The notes under the pieces are model-generated. The model did no database searches and was not told where the DNA came from. It saw only the letters and a list, made by a program, of their open reading frames with translations. DNA of 45,114 nucleotides from Patescibacteria group bacterium (lineage in GTDB: Bacteria > Patescibacteriota > Minisyncoccia > Portnoybacterales > UBA2143): assembly GCA_018819085.1 (NCBI GenBank), contig JAHJQT010000032.1:1-45114 (forward strand), written 5' to 3'. Position 1 is the first letter of the stretch, and every line of letters starts with the position of its first letter. Shown one piece after another: positions 8,372-17,278 of this stretch. The position numbers were made by a program, and so were the translations under genes.

Positions 8372-9316
8372 TCAACTCTTTACTTTTCTAAGATACTTAC
8401 CAAAAACCTTATGAAAATTTTCTGCTGTTACTTGCAACCAAGCAAAATATTCGTCCCATTTATCAGTATCATTGATACTACCCTCTCTTGATAATTTAAT
8501 GCGACTGGCTTTTTTATTTTCCAATGGCATCCATTCTATTTTTTTTGTTCCTAACTCACTCTCTATTTGTTTTTTCTGTATTTCAAGTCCTCTGAAAATT
8601 TCTTTTTTTCTTGGAATATATATTTCACATGACATAACACCACCAAGACTATTAACAGTTAATGCTATATGATAATCAGAACTACCAAGACTAATATCGT
8701 GCCAATGTCGAGGTCTGGGACTCCTTAATTTTAAATTAGTCCCATTTTGTTTTGCAAATTCATTAAATTTATCCCAAAAATTAAGTTGTTCAACTTTAGT
8801 GTCAGTTAAATTTGATTTTCCTGAAGATTGTTTTATTGCTTTCGCCCAATCATTTGGTTTGGCAATAATTTGAAATTTAGGTGCAAAAGGTGAATCAGCT
8901 ATTTGCCATAATTCCATCTTAATAGCAAAAAAGTTTATTTCTTCATCCGTATGTTCATTAAGCCAGTTAATAGCTTGTTTGTGTTCATCTCTTACATCTT
9001 TAACTATCCAAATAATTATTTCTGCATCATATCCTGAAGCATAAGTTATTATCTTACCAAGATGATCGTGATCAGTCGCTTCTAATTGATTCTCAATGAT
9101 AATCTTTCTACCAGTATTTTCTTCTTCTGCTAATATATCAACACTAAATTTACCAACACTAGCTTCGGTTTGTATTAAAGTTAAATCAATGCCTATTTCA
9201 TCACTCAATAAAGATAAGTTTTCATCTTCAGATAACCAATTAGTAAAATCAGTAGCTTCGTGATTCCACGCTTTTCGTAAATCGATTTGTTTTATTTTAG
9301 ATAAATTTTGTGACAT
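8372..9316 (-). CDS. DUF4268-family protein, possible PD-(D/E)xK nuclease fold
   Basis: N-terminus WNHEATDFTNWL...VGKFSVDILAEE...IIENQLEATDHDHLGKIITYA is typical of DUF4268. Confidence 0.55.
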   Translation of the reverse strand: MSQNLSKIKQIDLRKAWNHEATDFTNWLSEDENLSLLSDEIGIDLTLIQTEASVGKFSVDILAEEENTGRKIIIENQLEATDHDHLGKIITYASGYDAEIIIWIVKDVRDEHKQAINWLNEHTDEEINFFAIKMELWQIADSPFAPKFQIIAKPNDWAKAIKQSSGKSNLTDTKVEQLNFWDKFNEFAKQNGTNLKLRSPRPRHWHDISLGSSDYHIALTVNSLGGVMSCEIYIPRKKEIFRGLEIQKKQIESELGTKKIEWMPLENKKASRIKLSREGSINDTDKWDEYFAWLQVTAENFHKVFGKYLRKVKS

Positions 9317-9491
9317 ATGATTTATGATAAACCTAATATTTTTCAGCTTTCTCTGTCTATTTAATTTTAAGACTATTAATAATCGGCGTCAAATTTTCTT
9401 CAATTATTTCTTGTAATTTTTAATCCATTTTTTTGTTCTAATAAGTTTTTATTTGAAAATAGATATAACTAAAGTGATAAACAAAATCAAC

Positions 9492-12383
9492 CTATGCTAA
9501 AATATCTAAATTCCTTAAGTTACTTTCAATAAGAGTAATCTCTTCTTGCATTTTATTATCTTTTTTATAATCTTTTTGAATTTTCTTATATGCATACATT
9601 ATTGTTGTATGATCGCGCTTAAAAATATTACCAATAACAGGAAAAGAACTTTTAAGATGTTTTCTAATTAGATACATTGAAATTTGCCGCGGATATGCAA
9701 ATTCTTTTTTTCTAGAAATACTTTTAATTTCATTTTCCTTAATACTGTAAAAATCTGCGACTCCCTCTATAATCTTATCAGTAGATACATCAAGAGATTT
9801 TTCAAAACGATCGATATAATCTATAATTTTTATATTTCTTTTGCCTTTTTTACCTTCAAATATAGATGATTCTTCTTTAGGAATATCGTTAATAGTAATT
9901 ATTTCATCATCTCCGTATAACTTCGGCAAAGCGCTATTTATTATTTGTCGGACTCTTTCTCGACTTATTTTATATTTAAGAGATATTTCTTCTAATGTAT
10001 GTTTTCGATTTTCGTTTATGCCAAACTTCATTTCAACTATTTCTTTAAGCCTACCCCCAAGCACATCTATACGAGATACTAAAACATTTGCGTCATTTGT
10101 TTCTATATTACGATTAATAATATTTATATAGTCTTGGTGTAATGGTTTGTCTACGAACATTTCATATATAATTGCTCCAATTTCTAATTTTTTCATTATT
10201 ATATGCCCTGAAATATCAGTATGCGCATCATCAGTTTTTTGTCCAAGATTACCATTATTATATGCCTCTGCTACTGAAAGATTAAGAAATTCATCTAAAA
10301 TCAATTCTGCAAGATATAACTGCATAATAATTGATTTTTCTACATCAGACATTTTTGGATCTTCTCCAAAATAAATTTTGTTAATTGGATTTTTTCTATT
10401 TATAATTATAAATCCTGCCTCTTCTCCGAATTGCGCTCGAGCTTTTTGAATTTGCTCTGGCATATCTCTGAATTTCCAACCACGAAAAATTCCGGCGTCT
10501 TTGCCTTGCGGTGGTATCCTATTTTTATCATGGACATAAATTTTCGCATTACATTGATAATTATTCGATATCGCGATGACATTACCATTTTCATTACTTT
10601 TTTGACCTATAAAACCAATTGGTATCATTGCATTATTAGATTTACTGATTTTTTCTTTAGGAACTTTTACTTTTTTATCTAATAATATAATCGATGAGTT
10701 ATCAGATTCTAAATTAATAACTTCAGCAGTTTTTACTTTTTCTAAATCAACAAACAAATATAGTTTACTTTTCCTATTAGTTACTACAGAAAGTTCATTT
10801 GGATAAAATTCTATACCATTTTGAGGATAGAACAAATCACTTTGTATCACAGATACGAAACAAACAGCTTGAGATTCTTCACAAGTAGCAGTTATCTTAC
10901 CAACTGCATTCAAGGTGTTGGATTTAATTTTTATATGTTTTGAAATTATGCCATCCCTATTCGCATCCTCTTTTTTAAGAATAATTGTATCCGGTGTAAC
11001 TGAAATTTGTTTTTCATTACAAAGTAGAAACACTTTTGCATTTTGAGAAAAATCATCGATATTTATTTTAAGCTGTAAATAATATTGTTTATCAACTGTT
11101 ATTTTTATATTTTCTCTAGCAAACATTAACTCATTAATTTTTCTTGAATCTGGATTATCAAATGTTCCACCACTTTTTTCGCCAACAAGATCGGAATATA
11201 TCTTATTTAATTTTTTAAATACTTCTGAATGTCGTTTTTTTGTTTCTTCTGATAAATCACTTGCATCTTCTTCAGAATTTTTAAATTCATCAAATATTGG
11301 ATACAATAAATCTTTAACTTTATTAGAAAAATATTTATAAAACAGTTGAGATTTATCAAAACCATTTCTAGTATCAGTTAATATTTCTTCAGGAATCTCC
11401 TCATTAAGTTTTTCGTCAATAATTTCACGTGCATTAGTTAATTTTATATAACCAAAAATATTATTAGCCCCTAAATTTTTTTCAAATCCAAAAAAATCTA
11501 AATCATATACTGAATTATCATAATTAGCATCGTAAACCAATATTTTATTTGCATTCTCGCCAATTTTTTGTACCAAATCAAACTTAGCTTTATATAAACA
11601 AATATCTATTTCAACTGGCTTGAATTCTTCATACGGTTTAAAATATAACTTTTTGTCTAAAATCTTAGAAACATCGTTTGAATATAATTTTTCTACAAAT
11701 TTATATTCTATTTTTTTAGACACAGGATTTTTTTTGTTTTCAGTTTCAATTAATGTAATATTTCTATCAGGATTACTGTTAATAAATCGAAGCATGTATG
11801 AATCCGAAAGTCCTCTAAAAAGATTTTGAAACTCTGGCAAGTTAATTTTTTTAAAAGAAGGAAGCTCGAATTCTATAACTGTCCCATTTTTTTTAATATT
11901 ATACTTTTGTCTATATTTTTTTAATTCCTTTTTACTTAATCTATTGTGAGAATAAATTTGATCATCTTCTTTATAATAAAACGAGCAAATATATAATTCA
12001 TCGTCTTTTATTGAATAAAGATTACTTGTTGAAGATGGATTTAAAAACAAAACATCAGTCAATCCCTGACCATAGAGACCTCTTCCATCATGTCCTTTCT
12101 TCGATCCACTTTTAATTGCGCCGTATTTCCCAAAATTTTCTTCTATATCTTTTTGATTCATACCTTCCGCATAATCGATAACTCGAATAACTCTAGTTCT
12201 TCTATCTATATATATTTCAATACTCTTAATATAATCTATATTTATACCTTTCTTTTCTAATCGATTATAACTTTCATCAGAATTAGTTATAAGTTCAGTA
12301 AAGATTTTGTATATATCTCGTAGCGCTTTACCATGTCTTCTACTGGCAAATCTTTTTGAATTTTTTATTATGTGTTCTGGCAT
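9492..12383 (-). CDS. Large multidomain protein: N-terminal GHKL (Bergerat-fold) ATPase, then sigma-70 region 4-like HTH, then a C-terminal DnaA domain IV-like DNA-binding domain
   Basis: GHKL motifs: N-box ELITNSDESY, G1 VIDYAEGM, G2 GRGLYGQGL. FGINENRKHTLEEISLKYKISRERVRQIINSALPKL resembles sigma-70 regions 4.1/4.2. PRQISMYLIRKHL...IGNIFKRDHTTIMYAYKKI resembles DnaA domain IV. Confidence 0.6.
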   Translation of the reverse strand: MPEHIIKNSKRFASRRHGKALRDIYKIFTELITNSDESYNRLEKKGINIDYIKSIEIYIDRRTRVIRVIDYAEGMNQKDIEENFGKYGAIKSGSKKGHDGRGLYGQGLTDVLFLNPSSTSNLYSIKDDELYICSFYYKEDDQIYSHNRLSKKELKKYRQKYNIKKNGTVIEFELPSFKKINLPEFQNLFRGLSDSYMLRFINSNPDRNITLIETENKKNPVSKKIEYKFVEKLYSNDVSKILDKKLYFKPYEEFKPVEIDICLYKAKFDLVQKIGENANKILVYDANYDNSVYDLDFFGFEKNLGANNIFGYIKLTNAREIIDEKLNEEIPEEILTDTRNGFDKSQLFYKYFSNKVKDLLYPIFDEFKNSEEDASDLSEETKKRHSEVFKKLNKIYSDLVGEKSGGTFDNPDSRKINELMFARENIKITVDKQYYLQLKINIDDFSQNAKVFLLCNEKQISVTPDTIILKKEDANRDGIISKHIKIKSNTLNAVGKITATCEESQAVCFVSVIQSDLFYPQNGIEFYPNELSVVTNRKSKLYLFVDLEKVKTAEVINLESDNSSIILLDKKVKVPKEKISKSNNAMIPIGFIGQKSNENGNVIAISNNYQCNAKIYVHDKNRIPPQGKDAGIFRGWKFRDMPEQIQKARAQFGEEAGFIIINRKNPINKIYFGEDPKMSDVEKSIIMQLYLAELILDEFLNLSVAEAYNNGNLGQKTDDAHTDISGHIIMKKLEIGAIIYEMFVDKPLHQDYINIINRNIETNDANVLVSRIDVLGGRLKEIVEMKFGINENRKHTLEEISLKYKISRERVRQIINSALPKLYGDDEIITINDIPKEESSIFEGKKGKRNIKIIDYIDRFEKSLDVSTDKIIEGVADFYSIKENEIKSISRKKEFAYPRQISMYLIRKHLKSSFPVIGNIFKRDHTTIMYAYKKIQKDYKKDNKMQEEITLIESNLRNLDILA

Positions 12384-12387
12384 AATT

Positions 12388-13023
12388 TTAAAACTTTAAT
12401 AATTCAATAATATAATTCATAAAAGACAAAGCTTCTGTATTTTTTGTATTTTTACAAATATCTTTTAATTTTAAAATGCGTTTCTTAATTACTTCCTTTC
12501 TTGTAAAGGACATAACTCCTAAAAAAGAGAATATTTCAAACTCATTTATGCTTTCTTTATTTTCTTGCCATTTCTTAAATAAATTCGAATTTATTATTTC
12601 GTCTACATCGCCCTCAATTGATTTTATTCTTTTAGATTCGTTCTTTTTAGCTAAAACTTTTTTTTGTAGATTTGGGTTATTCAACATTTTTTTTGTCTCT
12701 TTCGCTACTTCTTTTCCTAATGTTGTAATTGAAAAATTAGTTCTAATATTTCCAACAGCCCAATTTCTATCAGTTGGTCTTAAATGCAATCTTAGTAAAT
12801 TAGAGATTCTATATAAATCAGGATATTCTTTGAATGTAATTAATGAAAACCTCTTAGGAAAAAATTTAAACATCGCTATGCCAATATATTCAAAATACAA
12901 TGGTATTCTTTTTTCTTCTAAAAAATACATAGTAAAAATCGCCAATTTATCTTGCGTAATATTTTCATATTGGTTTTCTTGAAAAGGATTAAGTTCTTTT
13001 ACAAATTTTTTATAAGCATCCAT
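12388..13023 (-). CDS. Hypothetical protein (211 aa), operon partner of the GHKL fusion
   Basis: ATG ORF with a 4-nt gap to the downstream gene. Confidence 0.4.
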   Translation of the reverse strand: MDAYKKFVKELNPFQENQYENITQDKLAIFTMYFLEEKRIPLYFEYIGIAMFKFFPKRFSLITFKEYPDLYRISNLLRLHLRPTDRNWAVGNIRTNFSITTLGKEVAKETKKMLNNPNLQKKVLAKKNESKRIKSIEGDVDEIINSNLFKKWQENKESINEFEIFSFLGVMSFTRKEVIKKRILKLKDICKNTKNTEALSFMNYIIELLKF

Positions 13024-13024
13024 A

Positions 13025-13252
13025 TTATAATTTAAATTCCTTATTTTTAGGAAAATGAAACTTTGATTTAGTTTCTTTTACTTTACGCTCAATTTCTGAA
13101 AAAATTTTATTTATCTCTTCTTCTTTATAACTATAAGCACTTCTATTAGAGCAATTACCAAGAACTTTAATTCTTTTCAGAACTTCATTTGTCCGATAAG
13201 TTGCTAATTTTTTGAATCTTTCTCTTTTAATCTCTTGATTTTGTTTGGTCAT
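13025..13252 (-). CDS. Small hypothetical protein. The ORF could extend to 13303 (92 aa); the MTKQNQ start is preferred on promoter spacing.
   Basis: 1-nt gap to the next gene. TTGTAT-17-TTATAT lies upstream. Confidence 0.3.
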   Translation of the reverse strand: MTKQNQEIKRERFKKLATYRTNEVLKRIKVLGNCSNRSAYSYKEEEINKIFSEIERKVKETKSKFHFPKNKEFKL

Positions 13253-13584
13253 ATTTTTAATATGTATATAATAAATACTATCACTATAATACAAGGATAT
13301 CATATCCTTATATTATTTGTCAATACCTTAGCTGTAGATAAAAAATATAAATAAATTTCATATAAAAAATACAATTGATCCTATCTTTCACCTAGACATG
13401 ATGCACTTAGTCTATACTTGTCCGTATTAAGACGTTAATATATAGAGTAATAGAAACTATTAGAAATTGATTATTACATCGTACACGCACATTTAGAACG
13501 TTCTATATGAGGAGGGGGTGTCTTCTAGATTTCCATGGCAGTAACGTACAGACGTAAGTTATTAATAAATGTTATACTGAATCT

Positions 13585-14346
13585 ATGGATAAAAATGAAA
13601 TAATCAAACAAATTCAAGATTTAAAGGCCATTACAGATGATTTAGAATCTGTGATAGTTAAGCTTATAAAAATTGATTCGGATAAGATAATTGATAGACA
13701 TTCTAATCACATTAAAAATCTAGAAGTTAAAAAACTCAAACAGGAACAATATCAAATTAAAAGAGGATATAGAATATTAATAAAAAAAATTAAAATACAA
13801 TTTGAGTTTTTACTTAAAAAATTAGATATTCGTAAGAAAATTAAAATTATCCCAGAATGGGCATTAGATGCAGACAACATTTTCGTGATTTGTTATACAC
13901 AAACTAACGAGCATGGCGATATGAATTATGATCTATCAGAATTATTCGATGTTCCTAAAAAGATAAAATCATATTTAATACAGCTTAATAAATATACAAA
14001 TAAAAAATTTAAAGAAAATAAAAAATATCCCCAGAAAGTTCCAAAAAATACTACTCCTTTAATTTTGTTTGATTCAAAAACTGGCATAGGTAGTGTTAAT
14101 GGATCTAAATTTGAGTTTCGTATCGGAAACAAGCCATACATATTTTTTAAAGAACTTTATAAAAATATAAACAAACCAATCCAAAGAAAGAAAGCACTAG
14201 AGTTAATAAATTTAATTGATTTAAGTGGAACAGAACAAGCAAAGCGATTGAATCGTTTTATTACAAGATTAAGACGAGAACTTGGACTAAATGCGAATCA
14301 TTTAATATTAAAACACAGTATAACCTTAAAAGGCGTAAAAAAGTGA
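13585..14346 (+). CDS. Hypothetical protein (253 aa), first gene of the integrative-element-like module
   Basis: ATG ORF with a strong terminator downstream. Confidence 0.4.
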   Translation: MDKNEIIKQIQDLKAITDDLESVIVKLIKIDSDKIIDRHSNHIKNLEVKKLKQEQYQIKRGYRILIKKIKIQFEFLLKKLDIRKKIKIIPEWALDADNIFVICYTQTNEHGDMNYDLSELFDVPKKIKSYLIQLNKYTNKKFKENKKYPQKVPKNTTPLILFDSKTGIGSVNGSKFEFRIGNKPYIFFKELYKNINKPIQRKKALELINLIDLSGTEQAKRLNRFITRLRRELGLNANHLILKHSITLKGVKK

Positions 14347-14397
14347 TATCAACAGTTGACCTATAGTTAGTCTAATTTATCAGAAGTTAAAATCATG

Positions 14398-14426
14398 ACA
14401 AGCTTAATACATAAGCTTGTTTTTTA
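14398..14426 (+). terminator. Intrinsic terminator
   Basis: Stem acaagctt / aagcttgt with a 7-nt loop, followed by TTTTTT. Confidence 0.65.
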
Positions 14427-14523
14427 ATTTTCTAATAAAAATATGACTATAACCAATCAACCGAGAGGGCCGCCACAATAGAATGGTTGTTCCTTAATTA
14501 ATAATTAAAATTAATAAAAAAAT

Positions 14524-14844
14524 ATGATAACAAAAGAACAATATAAAGAAATCTACGATAAATTTATTACCAGCTCACAAACCAAAGAAGACGTCTATAT
14601 GTTAATGCTTGGAATTGGCATCAACTGGAACAAAGTCAGAAAAATTATGAATCATCTTTATCCTTGGTTCTGGGATGATAATTGTATAGCTATTATAAAA
14701 ACACTTTTCAGAGATGACATAATAATCAAAGAACAATATATATTAGGAATTATTCGAAATTGGCTTTATCAAGCATGGCGAAATGATAAATATGAATTCA
14801 AAAATAAATGGTCTGAATCATCAATTAAAGAATTATTTTTATAA
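14524..14844 (+). CDS. Hypothetical protein (106 aa)
   Basis: ATG ORF. Confidence 0.35.
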   Translation: MITKEQYKEIYDKFITSSQTKEDVYMLMLGIGINWNKVRKIMNHLYPWFWDDNCIAIIKTLFRDDIIIKEQYILGIIRNWLYQAWRNDKYEFKNKWSESSIKELFL

Positions 14845-14849
14845 AAAAC

Positions 14850-15455
14850 ATGAGTGAAAAGCAAGGATGGATAAAATTATATAGAAAACTACTACATGAT
14901 CCAATTTTTACAAGCGACAAAGGACTAAAAATTTGGATCTGGTGTTTATTAAGAGCAAATCACAAAAATACTGAGATATTTTTAGGAAGACAAAGAATAA
15001 TACTTAAACAAGGACAATTTGTATTTGGACGTTACACAGCGAGTGAGGAGTTAAAAATATCACCATCAACAACTTGGTTCTGGATAAAAAAATTAAAGAA
15101 CGACGATTATATTGACATCAAACCAACTAATAAATTCAGTATTGTAACAATCAAAAAATGGAAAGAGTATCAAACATTATTAACAACAAATGAAAAACAA
15201 GTGAACACAGACAATAATGATAATAATGTAAATAATATTGATGAAGCTGCGCTTCAAGAAATTAATTATATGAAGAAGCAGCTTCTCAATATTGGAGTAA
15301 GACCTAAACTCGTAAATGAAATGAATAAACAAAAAGAGTTTTGGAGAGCAAAGAAAAACATTATTCGTAAATGTTTAATAAATAAAGAAATCGAAGATAA
15401 AGCAGCTTATATTGCTAAGATCTATTATTTCTGGAAAGAGAATGAAGCTAAATGA
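14850..15455 (+). CDS. Possible replication-initiator or replisome-organizer-like winged-helix protein
   Basis: N-terminal GWIKLYRKLLHDPIF...IWIWCLLRANH pattern resembles what I recall of plasmid/phage replication-initiator N-terminal regions. The C-terminus is basic. Confidence 0.3.
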   Translation: MSEKQGWIKLYRKLLHDPIFTSDKGLKIWIWCLLRANHKNTEIFLGRQRIILKQGQFVFGRYTASEELKISPSTTWFWIKKLKNDDYIDIKPTNKFSIVTIKKWKEYQTLLTTNEKQVNTDNNDNNVNNIDEAALQEINYMKKQLLNIGVRPKLVNEMNKQKEFWRAKKNIIRKCLINKEIEDKAAYIAKIYYFWKENEAK

Positions 15456-15664
15456 CAGGGGTTATAAACATTTGCATACTATCATACAATGCTCATGTCC
15501 TGCCTCTGAAAATTAAAAAAATGATTACAGTTGCAGAATTTAAAAAACTACATAATACAAAAACATTAGAATTAACTGATGAAGAAATAGAAGCAGTGAT
15601 TAATTTACTGTATCAATTAAGCGATCTATTATTTGAAATTTGGATCGAAGAAAAAAATAAATGA
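15452..15664 (+). CDS. Small hypothetical protein. An internal start MITVAEF at about 15521 is possible.
   Basis: Overlaps the neighbouring genes by 4 nt, so it may be translationally coupled. Confidence 0.3.
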   Translation: MTGVINICILSYNAHVLPLKIKKMITVAEFKKLHNTKTLELTDEEIEAVINLLYQLSDLLFEIWIEEKNK

Positions 15665-17199
15665 AATTAAACAGCGAATTACAAACAGGAATTATTTATT
15701 ATCGAGTTAGCACCGAAGATCAAGCTGAACATGGTGCTAGTTTAATGTACCAAAAAAGAAACTGTTCTGAATTTGCTGAAAAAAATAATATTAATGTCTT
15801 AAGACTATTTCATGACGATGGCGTCTCAGCAAAAACAACGAATAGAGCTGATTTGCAAGACATGCTCAAATACTGCAACAAAAACCATAAAAAGATTGAC
15901 TGCCTAATAGTCTATAAAATTGATCGACTCTCTAGAAATGTTAATGACTATACAAATATTCTGATCTTTTTAAATAAATTACAAATAAAACTAGTTTCTA
16001 CCACAGAATCAATAGATGATACGCCCACAGGTAAATTTATCGGCAACGTAATGGCTGCCTCTGCTCAATTTGATAATGACTTGAGAAGCGAGAGAGTTTC
16101 TTCTTGCATGATGGAGAGAGTAAGACAAGGACAATGGTGTTGGAAAGCTCCTCTTGGCTATTTAAATAGAGCAAACGAATATAGCCAAAAAATAGTTGTT
16201 CTAGATAAAGAAAAAAGCCGTTTCGTTAAACTAGCTTTTGAAAAATTCGCTACCGAACTTTATATTTTAGAAGACATTAGAAAATTAATTAATAAGAGAG
16301 GACTTAAAAACAATAGCGATAATGAAATTTCCTCTCAATTAATGCATAAAATTATAACTAATCCATTTTACTGTGGTGTGCTAAAAGTCAAAGGAGATTT
16401 ATACAAAGGAAAACATGAAAAAATAATTAGTGAAGAAACTTTTGATAAGTGCCAATCATTATTAAAAAGAAGCAATAGAGGAGAAAATATCTCAAGAAGA
16501 AGAACTAATGTTGATTTTCCTCTAAGAAATTTTGCAATCTGCTCTGTTTGTGAGCGTCCATTGACTGCTGCTTTCTCAACAGGTCATCGAGGTGGTAAAT
16601 ATCCATATTATCGTTGCTATAATAAATATTGTTCAGCTAAAAAATCTATTAATCAACAAAGTGTTGAAAATGACTTTTTAGAACTTTTAAAACAAATCAC
16701 TCCCAAGAGAGAATATTTAGATATATTTAAACCAATTGTAATTGATGTTTGGAACAAAAATTATAATGATCTTAATAAACGACGAAATGATATAATGAAA
16801 AAAATTGAGAAATTAAATAAAGAAAAAGAAAAATTAATTGATATGAAAAAGAAAGAATTGTTACCTGATGAAGATTTTAAAGAAGCATTCGAAGAAATAA
16901 AAGAGAAAATACGAAAAGAGATAATCTTAAGCGAAACCAGAATTGAACAATTCAATCCAACTGAAGCGATTAACTATGTATTCAACTTTATTACAAATAT
17001 ACCTGAGTTTTGGAAGAAAGCTGATTGCCAACAAAAAATTCGTTTACAGAGTTTAATTTTCACTGAAAAGCCCATTTATACCTATCCAAAGTTTGGAACC
17101 CCCAAAATTTGTTTAATCTTACAGCAAAAAACGCCTATCGCGAACGATAGGCATCTCATGGTAGCCCTACGGGGAGTCGAACCCCGGTTGCCAGATTGA
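15661..17199 (+). CDS. Large serine recombinase (integrase)
   Basis: Resolvase N-terminal domain with the catalytic Ser in YYRVSTEDQ, a recombinase domain, a zinc ribbon (CSVCERP...YYRC) and a coiled coil. The 3' end reads into tRNA-Glu. Confidence 0.8.
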   Translation: MKLNSELQTGIIYYRVSTEDQAEHGASLMYQKRNCSEFAEKNNINVLRLFHDDGVSAKTTNRADLQDMLKYCNKNHKKIDCLIVYKIDRLSRNVNDYTNILIFLNKLQIKLVSTTESIDDTPTGKFIGNVMAASAQFDNDLRSERVSSCMMERVRQGQWCWKAPLGYLNRANEYSQKIVVLDKEKSRFVKLAFEKFATELYILEDIRKLINKRGLKNNSDNEISSQLMHKIITNPFYCGVLKVKGDLYKGKHEKIISEETFDKCQSLLKRSNRGENISRRRTNVDFPLRNFAICSVCERPLTAAFSTGHRGGKYPYYRCYNKYCSAKKSINQQSVENDFLELLKQITPKREYLDIFKPIVIDVWNKNYNDLNKRRNDIMKKIEKLNKEKEKLIDMKKKELLPDEDFKEAFEEIKEKIRKEIILSETRIEQFNPTEAINYVFNFITNIPEFWKKADCQQKIRLQSLIFTEKPIYTYPKFGTPKICLILQQKTPIANDRHLMVALRGVEPRLPD

Positions 17200-17233
17200 A
17201 AATCTGACGTCCTAACCATTAGACGATAGGGCC
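17159..17233 (-). tRNA. tRNA-Glu, anticodon UUC, encoded CCA
   Basis: Manual fold: acceptor ggcccta/tagggct, anticodon stem tcaga/tctgg, loop ttTTCaa, T-loop ttcgact. Confidence 0.7.
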
Positions 17234-17278
17234 ATATTGTGATATTATACGGCTTAAGATATTATTTGTAAAGATAAA

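Noticed and set aside
13585-17233. Direct-repeat att sites flanking the integrase module
   Set aside because: I looked for a copy of the tRNA-Glu 3' end (tggtagccctacggggagtcgaacc) in the candidate left-boundary intergenic regions (3.6-3.8, 5.3-5.4, 9.3-9.5 and 13.3-13.6 kb) and did not see one. The boundaries therefore stay undefined.
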